Shown here: in pieces, positions 16,061 to 23,159 of the stretch
Layout of the letters: every line of letters begins with the position of its first letter
How positions within the stretch are numbered: position 1 is the stretch's first letter
DNA from: a virus
Lineage: Duplodnaviria; Caudoviricetes
Reading direction: 5' to 3' (one strand)
Virus record (IMG/VR): IMGVR_UViG_3300020045_008736
Span: 1 to 38,614 of that record
DNA length: 38,614 nucleotides
Program-made: the position numbers and the translations under genes
Notes under the pieces: generated by a model
The model's input: only the letters and a program-made list of their open reading frames with translations
Told to the model about the DNA's origin: nothing
Databases searched by the model: none

Positions 16061-16337
16061 AAAAGTAGTAAAAACGGAAAAAGTAGCACGAAAGTAGTAC
16101 GCGCTACCAGCTCAAGCTATTGATTATAAAATAAAAAAGCAAAAAAAGTAGTAAAAGTAGTAAAAGTAGTAAATGAAAACCTCTGGAAGCCGCATTCTTT
16201 CGTTTTAAAAAAAATACACGCGGGTCACTACTTTTACTACTTTTATATATAATAATACTATATTTATTATAATTATTAATAACTTACACAGGTAGTAAGG
16301 CACTACTTTTTTACTACTAAAAAGTAGTAAAAGTAGT
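16061..16337. repeat. putative replication origin: AAAAGTAGT iterons in both orientations, AT-rich core and two IHF-like boxes
   Basis: Copies at 16061, 16079 (partial), 16091 (partial), 16144/16153/16162 (tandem), inverted at 16227/16236/16302, direct at 16320/16329. WATCAANNNNTTR matches at 16113-16125 (minus, exact) and 16274-16286 (plus, one mismatch). Directly downstream of the primase-helicase. Confidence 0.75.
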
Positions 16338-16362
16338 AAAAAAAAGCCGCTATAAAAGCGGC
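16338..16362 (-). terminator. intrinsic terminator after the primase-helicase gene
   Basis: GCCGCT-TTTAT-AGCGGC followed by T8 on the minus strand. Confidence 0.7.
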
Positions 16363-16384
16363 CTTTGAAATAGTAAAAAAAACA

Positions 16385-18529
16385 CTAATGCGACATGGTA
16401 TAAATCTTACTTCCTTGTGGGCTATAACTAATTGCTAATAATCCATTCTCCGCCATATTTTCAAGTGCTGCCTTAATCGCCTTAGTCTTTTCCTTTTCTA
16501 TAGCTTTAAAAGGTTTCGTGTGTTTCAGACTGTTAACAATGTCACCTTCACTTTTACCTCCCGGTCTATTGGTCAAGTAGTTCACAATAGCGGTATATTC
16601 CGCCGTATTGCCAAATATTTCCTTTTCTACACACAAACCAAGCTTTTCATTTAAAAGCGCGTCAGCAATAGATATGGCTTGTTTAACGTATTCTAAATCA
16701 ATACTACTCTTAAAAAACTGACCGCCATTATTTATTAAATGCAAATTGGCGGCAATCTTCATTATTTGCATGTTTATTTTGCCGGCAGATCCGCGTAGCG
16801 ATGAGCTGGAATATTTCCCGCCATCTGCCAAATATGGCTCTATACTGTTTCTATACTGATTAATCAATAAAAACCCTTCGCTACTTATCTTTAATACTTC
16901 AAGATCATCAAAATCTTTTGGCTCTTTAATGACGTCCTCAATAAACTGACAAGCCTTTTGGTAATCAGCCAGCAAATAATCATCATGTGCAATCTTTTTG
17001 GTATGATCTCTTTTACCAAGATTATGATCTTCGGATAACATTAAAAAACGCTCACCCAGGCCAGTGCCATTGGATGCATTCAATATACTCTCAATACTGC
17101 CTTGCTGTGCAAAACACGTCACAGAGCCGCATACTCGCCCACTATAGCCTTCCCTACCTACTCGCTTTGAGTTGATGTAACCGCCATCAAATCCGTTTAG
17201 CGTTACATCGTTATTATTGGCCCTTTCTCCACTGGTATAACTAGCGCCAAACAGCGCATTAAAAAGCCCCTGCTCGCTACTGGCTGCACTAAAAAATCCT
17301 TTGCTATTTTCAAGCGTAACCTCCAAGCCTTCAGCGGTTGAATTGGTAATAAATAACGCTGGTTTAAGGCTTCCGTCAAGTACGTATATCTTTGTATAAA
17401 TCCGGTAAAAAGCATCTTGAAAAGTACTTAGACACCATGTTTTTGCTGTCCCGGGCGGGTGCTCACAAACTGCATAAATGCCTATAGGCAGCCGCCCGCC
17501 ATATTCATACGAAACGCAATATTTACGAGCTGTCATTGAGCTGTAAATAGAAAGCCCCATAAGCAATATGGTACTAATAGGCAGACTTGTCTGTGCCGAC
17601 ACCTGCACAGCCATACGCTTCAATAAATTGCCATCATCAACAAAATCGGCAATATTAACGCAGGCTCTTTTTCTTGCCTCTATACCCGTTCGCTTTTTTG
17701 TATAAACATTTTCTATTGGATTTTTAAGTCCTTCGTTAAATCCATCCAGTATTGTTTTTTGCTCACTTTCTGAGGTGTTGCCACCATCTGCAATGCTATC
17801 TGAGCATTGCATAAGAATATCCATTATTTTACTTTCGCTTATCATGCCACCTGCTACAAAGCCACCTGCCAATTTTCCAGCTTTAAGCCTTATACTGTGT
17901 CTATGTCCGTTTGTAGAGCCTTGCATTAAATTTAATACTCTATCAATACAAACACACTCTATATCAATATTTTTTTCCTCAAAATCTATCATTTTTGCAT
18001 CATAGTTTATAAATAGATTTTTATCAAAGCTGGCAAAACAAAGCCGCCGCACATCCTTTCCGCTTTCGTCTAGTTTATATCCGTATGTTTTAAAATGGCC
18101 TTCAAAAAACTTAAACGCTTTTTTAAAATCAGAGTCATTTTTTATCTTATCTGGGTTTATACGAACCGCTCCTTTTAAACCCTCTCCGCCCGGCGATAAA
18201 AAACAAAAAACAATACCGGGAATTTTAGCAATAATACTTTTATCTGACTCCGCGTCATCCAGATGGTCTATGTCAAAATGAAACAATCCGCTTGATTTAA
18301 CAAAATTATCGTTTTTAACATTTCCTTCAAATGTTCCGTTAAATGCAAAACTGGGTAAACTTGATTTTTGTTTTCTATAAATATCCTCGTTTTTTTTACG
18401 ATCTAGCTGCCTTATTTTATTAACCTGTCCCTTAAACTCGCCAATTTTTATAGATTCTAATGACTGCTCTAATGGCAAATTAAAAAACCTAGCTGGCTCT
18501 TTTATATTGTTAAGTCTTGTCACAATCAT
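16385..18529 (-). CDS. replication protein: BT4734/VirE-N-like (primase-type) N-terminal domain fused to a DUF3987/YfjI-like P-loop helicase domain
   Basis: K.SLP.F.F.GTF, SGL..FDID.L, FLSPGG.GLK, D.SGKDV.RLCF.S.D in the N-terminus; PPGTAKT, N.T.EGL, SSEQGLF, G..ERFL in the C-terminus. Confidence 0.8.
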   Translation of the reverse strand: MIVTRLNNIKEPARFFNLPLEQSLESIKIGEFKGQVNKIRQLDRKKNEDIYRKQKSSLPSFAFNGTFEGNVKNDNFVKSSGLFHFDIDHLDDAESDKSIIAKIPGIVFCFLSPGGEGLKGAVRINPDKIKNDSDFKKAFKFFEGHFKTYGYKLDESGKDVRRLCFASFDKNLFINYDAKMIDFEEKNIDIECVCIDRVLNLMQGSTNGHRHSIRLKAGKLAGGFVAGGMISESKIMDILMQCSDSIADGGNTSESEQKTILDGFNEGLKNPIENVYTKKRTGIEARKRACVNIADFVDDGNLLKRMAVQVSAQTSLPISTILLMGLSIYSSMTARKYCVSYEYGGRLPIGIYAVCEHPPGTAKTWCLSTFQDAFYRIYTKIYVLDGSLKPALFITNSTAEGLEVTLENSKGFFSAASSEQGLFNALFGASYTSGERANNNDVTLNGFDGGYINSKRVGREGYSGRVCGSVTCFAQQGSIESILNASNGTGLGERFLMLSEDHNLGKRDHTKKIAHDDYLLADYQKACQFIEDVIKEPKDFDDLEVLKISSEGFLLINQYRNSIEPYLADGGKYSSSSLRGSAGKINMQIMKIAANLHLINNGGQFFKSSIDLEYVKQAISIADALLNEKLGLCVEKEIFGNTAEYTAIVNYLTNRPGGKSEGDIVNSLKHTKPFKAIEKEKTKAIKAALENMAENGLLAISYSPQGSKIYTMSH

Positions 18530-18729
18530 AGCGGTATAAATCCTATTGACCTTGCCATTGCTTTCTTTTCACAAATTGGCGAACGGCTGCCGCAAGCCTT
18601 GCAAAAATAGGGATAGCATATTAGTCCGTTAGCGTTCATTGTTTCAATTAATTCAAACTCTGCGCAGACGCACTGGCTACATGGCTTTAAATTGTCTTTT
18701 TTTAGTAGCTTTAATATATTGATAGTCAT
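18526..18729 (-). CDS. zinc-ribbon protein (67 aa; CSQC...CKACG)
   Basis: ATG at 18729 right after the RHH stop; ATGA overlap with the primase gene. Confidence 0.6.
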   Translation of the reverse strand: MTINILKLLKKDNLKPCSQCVCAEFELIETMNANGLICYPYFCKACGSRSPICEKKAMARSIGFIPL

Positions 18730-18730
18730 T

Positions 18731-18895
18731 TTATTTTCCATCATCCGTATTGTTATAGGCATAATTGCGCAAGATAGCATTAATATACTCTGACCTGCTG
18801 ATGTCTTGCGATTCGGCTTGTGCAGACAGTTCATCCAGCAAGTGCTTCGGTAACAATATATGTACCCTGATTTTTTTCGGCTTTTTTTTCAACAT
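18731..18895 (-). CDS. CopG/ribbon-helix-helix regulator (54 aa, MLKKKPKKIRVHILLPKHLLDELSAQAESQDISRSEYINAILRNYAYNNTDDGK)
   Basis: Translated by hand and absent from the ORF track; classic RHH pattern R.V.I.LP..L...L...A....ISRSE.I...L; RBS AGGA. Confidence 0.8.
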   Translation of the reverse strand: MLKKKPKKIRVHILLPKHLLDELSAQAESQDISRSEYINAILRNYAYNNTDDGK

Positions 18896-18909
18896 TTTTA
18901 ATTTTCCTA

Positions 18910-18945
18910 TTGCGTTTTTGTTTTAAGTGTGACTATAATAGCACA
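18910..18945. promoter_or_regulatory. overlapping divergent promoters with an imperfect palindrome
   Basis: Plus: TTGCGT(18910)-N18-TATAAT(18934). Minus: TGC-TATTAT extended -10 (18943-18935). Palindrome TGTG-A-CTAT-A-ATAG-CACA at 18928-18945. Confidence 0.6.
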
Positions 18946-18969
18946 TACTTTTAAACAGGAGCAAAGAAA

Positions 18970-19542
18970 ATGAAAATTGAAATAAAAAACATATATACAA
19001 ACGAAGTTATTTTTACGCACGAGCAAGAAAATAACAGTATAAAAATAACAGTTGAGCTGGCGGCTCAGCTAAAAATAAACCTAAGCGGGGCAAACCTAAG
19101 CGGGGCAAGCCTAAGCTTGGCAAACCTAAGCGGGGCAAACCTAAGCGGGGCAAGCCTAAGCGGGGCAAACCTAAGCTTGGCAAGCCTAAGCGGGGCAAAC
19201 CTAAGCTTGGCAAGCCTAGTCGGGGCAAACCTAAGCTTGGCAAACCTAAGCGGGGCAAACCTAAGCGGGGCAAGCCTAAGCTTGGCAAGCCTAAGCTTGG
19301 CAAGCCTAAGAAATTGCATTGGAAATATGAAAGAAATAAAATCAATGCAATTAAGCAAATGGAATGTTGTTTTTACAAAAGATCAATTAGCCATAGGGTG
19401 CAAGCAGTTTGCCATTGAAAAATGGCGTAACATGACTGCCACTGAAATAGTGGCGCTAGATGATAAAGCTTTGTCATGGTGGAAAAAATGGAAGGGATTT
19501 ATTTTTATGGCGATTGATTTGTCGGGTATTTTGGAGGATTAA
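18970..19542 (+). CDS. pentapeptide repeat protein
   Basis: 16 A(N/S)LS(G/L)-type units; N-terminal M.IEIK...T..V.F and C-terminal ...L.IGC.....W..W.KW domains typical of phage pentapeptide proteins; RBS AGGAG. Confidence 0.9.
   Translation: MKIEIKNIYTNEVIFTHEQENNSIKITVELAAQLKINLSGANLSGASLSLANLSGANLSGASLSGANLSLASLSGANLSLASLVGANLSLANLSGANLSGASLSLASLSLASLRNCIGNMKEIKSMQLSKWNVVFTKDQLAIGCKQFAIEKWRNMTATEIVALDDKALSWWKKWKGFIFMAIDLSGILED
19075..19314 (+). repeat. 15-bp tandem repeat, 16 units, consensus GCAARCCTAAGCKKG
   Basis: Directly visible near-identical units. Confidence 0.95.
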
Positions 19543-19806
19543 ATGATTACTATTTATACCTACCAATTACAACGATACGGGACAACAAAAATAAGAGTGC
19601 GTCAAAATGCAGAAATATTGTGCATTAAGTCATCCAATAATCTGCCAGTTATTTATTTGAAAGTTGATGACAAATTTGATGATTTTGTTGAGCGTGATTT
19701 TTTATGCGCAGAAACATTTACCGATATCTCAGAAGTTAATGGGGACTATATTGGATCTGTCGATTGCAATTGTGCAGTACTACATTATTTCGAGGTAACA
19801 AAATGA
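19543..19806 (+). CDS. conserved-looking phage hypothetical protein (87 aa)
   Basis: M.TIY.Y.L...A.IL.....IY..VD...R.F...T...YIGS...V.H.FE pattern; RBS GGAGG. Confidence 0.7.
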   Translation: MITIYTYQLQRYGTTKIRVRQNAEILCIKSSNNLPVIYLKVDDKFDDFVERDFLCAETFTDISEVNGDYIGSVDCNCAVLHYFEVTK

Positions 19807-20057
19807 CTGTTAAATTAAAAGGTTTTACGCCATATCCAAGCGATCCGCTACGACAGCCAGTACTATTTGACACGCTTTGCAAAGAGTTCAACATGGGCGC
19901 ATACGAAATGGCCGATTTCATCGAAGCAAACTGTATATTTTTTGGTAGGATAGCCGACTTGATTTGTAATAATGAGACATACGTGGGCTATGGAGTAGTA
20001 GAGCAAGTTCGTGAAAAATTAGGAGATAAAAAAAATGAGCGACTACAAACCAACTGA
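19803..20057 (+). CDS. hypothetical protein (84 aa)
   Basis: RBS GAGG before the ATG at 19803. Confidence 0.65.
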   Translation: MTVKLKGFTPYPSDPLRQPVLFDTLCKEFNMGAYEMADFIEANCIFFGRIADLICNNETYVGYGVVEQVREKLGDKKNERLQTN

Positions 20058-20418
20058 ACTAGATATTTTTAAGGCAGAATACTATGCTGAAAAGCTAAAG
20101 CGGCCAGATCCTTGGCTTGATGTTGAATATAAAAAAGGCACTACCTGGATCCCTATGTCTGGACAGATTATGGCATGGACTGAAAACATAAAATACCGAT
20201 GGAAAAAACCGACAATCAATGTAAACGGCATTGAAGTTCCTGCGCCGGTATTGAATCCTGATGATGAAACACATTATTGGCATCTACTCATATCAAGAAG
20301 CAAGGCAAAAGACATTAGGTTAAAAGGGTGTGTATTTTCTGATATAGAAGATGCGAAGAAATTTTTAGATGCTGCGCTAGAGCCTGCCTATGAATACACC
20401 TACAAAAATAAATCTTGA
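20035..20418 (+). CDS. hypothetical protein (127 aa; YRWK..TINVNGIEVPAP)
   Basis: RBS AGGAG; phage-type motif. Confidence 0.7.
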   Translation: MSDYKPTELDIFKAEYYAEKLKRPDPWLDVEYKKGTTWIPMSGQIMAWTENIKYRWKKPTINVNGIEVPAPVLNPDDETHYWHLLISRSKAKDIRLKGCVFSDIEDAKKFLDAALEPAYEYTYKNKS

Positions 20419-20442
20419 TAAAATTATTTTTATATGTATAAT
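20415..20442 (+). promoter_or_regulatory. sigma70-type promoter TTGATA-N16-TATAAT
   Basis: Near-consensus hexamers; predicted start ~20447-20450. Confidence 0.7.
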
Positions 20443-20446
20443 ACTT

Positions 20447-20706
20447 AACAAAGGTGGAAGAGTAGCTGACTTAAACAGCCTGGCTATCGGATTGTTGCCG
20501 TGGTGCGTAGACGCATATCATTACCACAAAACGCCGAGGATATAGGTAGCACACTCCTTATGGTACATAAGCTAGGCTATGTCAAAAATACTTTCGCAAG
20601 AAGTGACCGCGCTACTCCGGTATATGAGTGGCATTTTTTAATGGCTTTAAGCACAGGTCGGACGACAGAACCGAATATTCAGTTATTTATCCATGACTGC
20701 CTTGTT
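20447..20706 (+). ncRNA. candidate ~260-nt structured non-coding RNA or long leader (class unknown)
   Basis: Begins at the predicted TSS. Nested helices 20447-57/20697-706, GAGTAGC/GCTACTC (20460-66/20611-17) and AGCCTGGCT/AGCTAGGCT (20477-85/20570-78); GCAA tetraloop hairpin at 20590-604; no RBS-supported ORF. Confidence 0.55.
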
Positions 20707-20719
20707 TAGAACAATTAAC

Positions 20720-20856
20720 AAAACCATTGGAGGATTGCGAAACCCGTTGACCGGGAGCATCAATAGCTATAGCCAACAATGGCTATTATGCAAAAGCGAC
20801 GTTGGCTATAAAATATCGTTCCAGTATTTAAGCTGGCGCAATCCTCCAATGGTTTT
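20720..20856 (+). ncRNA. 137-nt element closed by a perfect 20-bp inverted repeat, with internal hairpins
   Basis: AAAACCATTGGAGGATTGCG (20720-39) / CGCAATCCTCCAATGGTTTT (20837-56); inner TATAGCCAAC/GTTGGCTATA and CCAG/CTGG arms. Confidence 0.6.
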
Positions 20857-20886
20857 AAAAAAACATCAACAACAAAAGGAATAATC

Positions 20887-21051
20887 ATGCAACCAAGAAA
20901 AGGCCAACCTGTTTTACTCTATACCGAGACATGGTATAGGCTAAAGCGGTATTTAACTGAAAATATCGAAAGTAAGCCAAAAATGCAGGACATTGTAGCC
21001 GAAGCAATCAACATTTACCTGGACAATAAAGATGCAAACAAAATTAGATAA
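20887..21051 (+). CDS. second RHH-like regulator (54 aa, MQPRKGQPVLLYTETWYRLKRYLTENIESKPKMQDIVAEAINIYLDNKDANKIR)
   Basis: Translated by hand; RBS AAGGA; strand-helix-helix pattern V.L....W.RLK...MQDIV.EAI..YL. Confidence 0.65.
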   Translation: MQPRKGQPVLLYTETWYRLKRYLTENIESKPKMQDIVAEAINIYLDNKDANKIR

Positions 21052-21193
21052 TCTGCAATTTTTTGCAAAGTGGGTATCATGCCTATCAGTAGTAATTCTA
21101 TTAATTAGGGGAATGTGGTCAGATGACATAATAACTATACTGCAATCATTAGTTGCATATTGTTTTTATAGGGCATGCACTGATTGGGAGTAA
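21032..21193 (+). CDS. small membrane protein (53 aa, MQTKLDNLQFFAKWVSCLSVVILLIRG...)
   Basis: Translated by hand; two hydrophobic segments; fills the gap before the ATPase. Confidence 0.5.
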   Translation: MQTKLDNLQFFAKWVSCLSVVILLIRGMWSDDIITILQSLVAYCFYRACTDWE

Positions 21194-21196
21194 AAA

Positions 21197-22129
21197 ATGG
21201 CACTACCAAAAACACCAGATAATTTTAAATTATCAACATTAAATATCAAGGCTTTAATAAAAACAGAGCCAGAAAAAAAAGCAGGAATCTATTGTCTAAT
21301 CGGCTATCCCGGTTCATGCAAAACGACAATCTGTGCAAATTTGACGCGCGTAGCAATGGTGCAAGTGGGTGATGAAACCGGAGCAGACAACATGCCGAAA
21401 CATGTCTACAAGATGCCGAAGTATAACGATATCGACTTGAGCGCATCAGATCATATTTTTGCCATGTTGCAATTTTTTCTTTACGAAGATCACCAGTTTA
21501 AAAACTTGGTAATCGACAACACCAGCATGATGCATAACGCATTTTTTGAGGATATTGAGAATGACTATACCGGCAAAGAAGATTTAAGCGAAAAAGGCAA
21601 AGGCGCAGGAATGACACGTGCTTACTGGGTGCGGGTAATGAATTTTTGCAGCCAGATTACCAAAAAGCGCGATTGTAATGTGTGGCTATTGGGGCATCCT
21701 ATGGACTATACAGTCAACATGAAAAACGGGAATTACTACACAAAAATGTCATTAAATCTGCCCAGCTCTCCAACGGTAGCCATTAGGCAAATGGTGCTTG
21801 GCGCATGTGATGGCGCTTTTTTTATCGTTAGTGATTACATAACGCGGTTAGACGCTCGTGGATTTGGCGCAGCTTTAGCAGCTCGCAAAGATTCGCCGCA
21901 TAATAAAATGGATGCAGTTGGTGAGCGCCGTTTAACCGTACTAACCGCTGAACGCGATGGTATTGAGGCAAAAAACCGCTCGTTTACCATGCAGGATAGC
22001 TACGAAATCGAAATAAGTGAGAACAAAATCGAAGCTGTAACAGGCAAGAATAAGTCCATTATGACATTCATCTATGACGTGATTGGCAGACCAGTTAAAC
22101 AACAACCAAAGGCAGAAACAAATGAGTAG
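21197..22129 (+). CDS. AAA_24 / Sak4-like ATPase (recombination)
   Basis: Walker A GYPGSCKT, Walker B LVIDN, V.LLGH, D..FF, AKNR; followed by an SSB-like gene. Confidence 0.75.
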   Translation: MALPKTPDNFKLSTLNIKALIKTEPEKKAGIYCLIGYPGSCKTTICANLTRVAMVQVGDETGADNMPKHVYKMPKYNDIDLSASDHIFAMLQFFLYEDHQFKNLVIDNTSMMHNAFFEDIENDYTGKEDLSEKGKGAGMTRAYWVRVMNFCSQITKKRDCNVWLLGHPMDYTVNMKNGNYYTKMSLNLPSSPTVAIRQMVLGACDGAFFIVSDYITRLDARGFGAALAARKDSPHNKMDAVGERRLTVLTAERDGIEAKNRSFTMQDSYEIEISENKIEAVTGKNKSIMTFIYDVIGRPVKQQPKAETNE

Positions 22130-22778
22130 TATTTTTACAAAATCAACCGGCGAACAGGCAGAGTTCAAAACTGTTTACAAAGCGCCAGACCCTGAGAAGA
22201 AAGTATGGATTCCAGATAACACAAAAATCAAAGCGCAGATTGTTAGCGCTGTGTGGAAGGATGTTACGCAATTCAATACCAAGCCGCAGCCGGTTATCGA
22301 ATACATGATAATAGAAAAAGGCGAATTTGAAGGCCGCTTGATTAAGCAATCCATACACCTTGGCGCCGTGTTAAGCAATGGTGAGCCAAACGAAAAAAAA
22401 CGCGACAAAGCCATCGACTTTTTTGCATCGTTGTTGGCTATCAGTGGCAAAGGCCTGATTCAAAAGTTTGAAAAGGCTGGCAAGCCAGTTGAAATGCATA
22501 ACGAACTATTGGGCAAGGAGCTGCTTGGCTTAAAGCTAATTATCAATACGCGCCTTATGAATGAACTAATGTTTGATTACAAAACAGGCGAGCCAATGAT
22601 GGACGCCCAAACAGGCAAACAGCGCATCCGGTACACACAATATGTTGACGGCTGCGCAGCATTGCCAAAGGCTAAGGTGGCTGAACCTGAACCGGATATT
22701 GATGAGGATGAAGAGGGTTATGATAATACGGATGATGAGCCAGAAGAAGATTTGTTCGATGATGGAATTCCGTTTTAG
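22122..22778 (+). CDS. single-stranded DNA-binding-like protein (DUF669-type)
   Basis: IPD.T...A.I..A, I...GEF.GR; very acidic tail ending DDGIPF; follows the Sak4-like ATPase. Confidence 0.7.
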   Translation: MSSIFTKSTGEQAEFKTVYKAPDPEKKVWIPDNTKIKAQIVSAVWKDVTQFNTKPQPVIEYMIIEKGEFEGRLIKQSIHLGAVLSNGEPNEKKRDKAIDFFASLLAISGKGLIQKFEKAGKPVEMHNELLGKELLGLKLIINTRLMNELMFDYKTGEPMMDAQTGKQRIRYTQYVDGCAALPKAKVAEPEPDIDEDEEGYDNTDDEPEEDLFDDGIPF

Positions 22779-22792
22779 ATAACAACATTACC

Positions 22793-22816
22793 ATACCCGC
22801 TTCGGCGGGTATTTTT
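22793..22816 (+). terminator. intrinsic terminator ATACCCGC-TTCG-GCGGGTAT-TTTT
   Basis: 8-bp stem, cUUCGg loop, U tract. Confidence 0.85.
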
Positions 22817-23022
22817 GATACTTTAATAATCAATAGGAATTACAATGAAACATAAACGATTATTTACTTTTATTGAATATGTACGCCCATTAAATACCAG
22901 TTATATTTCTGTTTCAGGTAGTGCTAAAGATAGGCGGAAAGCTCTACGTCAAGCAAAAAGGTTGTTTATAGGTCAAGAAGTTAGATTAGAAGTATATTAA
23001 ATTAAATCGGCGGGTATTTTTG
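22802..23022 (+). repeat. 16-bp direct repeat TCGGCGGGTATTTTTG (22802-22817 and 23007-23022) flanking a small ORF
   Basis: Exact duplicate read directly from the sequence. Confidence 0.85.
22845..23000 (+). CDS. basic hypothetical protein (51 aa, MKHKRLFTFIEYVRPLNTSYISVSGSAKDRRKALRQAKRLFIGQEVRLEVY)
   Basis: Translated by hand; RBS AGGA; AT-rich cassette between the direct repeats. Confidence 0.6.
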   Translation: MKHKRLFTFIEYVRPLNTSYISVSGSAKDRRKALRQAKRLFIGQEVRLEVY

Positions 23023-23032
23023 GCGGTGAAAT

Positions 23033-23158
23033 ATGACAAAAAATCAAGTTTATATCCTGTTACAGATAATCGCATTGGCAACAGGCACGAAAACCGGAGC
23101 CACAGAAGATTTGCGGCTGAAATTACAAACAGAGCTTATTAAATCAGCGAGGGATTAA
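23033..23158 (+). CDS. hypothetical protein (41 aa)
   Basis: Translated by hand; RBS GGTGA; ends just before the Gp157-like gene. Confidence 0.5.
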   Translation: MTKNQVYILLQIIALATGTKTGATEDLRLKLQTELIKSARD

Positions 23159-23159
23159 T

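Noticed and set aside
16061-16337. Possible CRISPR-like array
   Set aside because: Repeats are only 9 bp, in both orientations and irregularly spaced, with no unique spacers of constant length and no cas genes.
19013-19358. Antisense ORFs with LGLP(S/R) and LRFAP repeats
   Set aside because: Shadows of the stop-free 15-bp tandem repeat in the pentapeptide gene.
20447-20706. Resemblance to lysine (AGTA, GCCGA, TGTCA, CGCTAC) or cobalamin (AGGT...GACTGCC) riboswitches, or to a hammerhead ribozyme
   Set aside because: Core motifs are missing (no AGAGG start, no GGGAA/B12 box, no CTGANGA) and the downstream genes are not metabolic.
20729-20848. tRNA-like appearance (GGAGGAT...ATCCTCCA, cloverleaf-like arms)
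   Set aside because: About 120 nt, no TTC-RA T-loop or 7-nt anticodon loop, and the closing stem is 20 bp rather than 7. Kept only as an unknown structured element.
20500-20884. Listed ORFs 20500..20709 and 20693..20884
   Set aside because: No convincing RBS or protein features, and they overlie dense base-paired structure. More likely incidental, though translation is not excluded.
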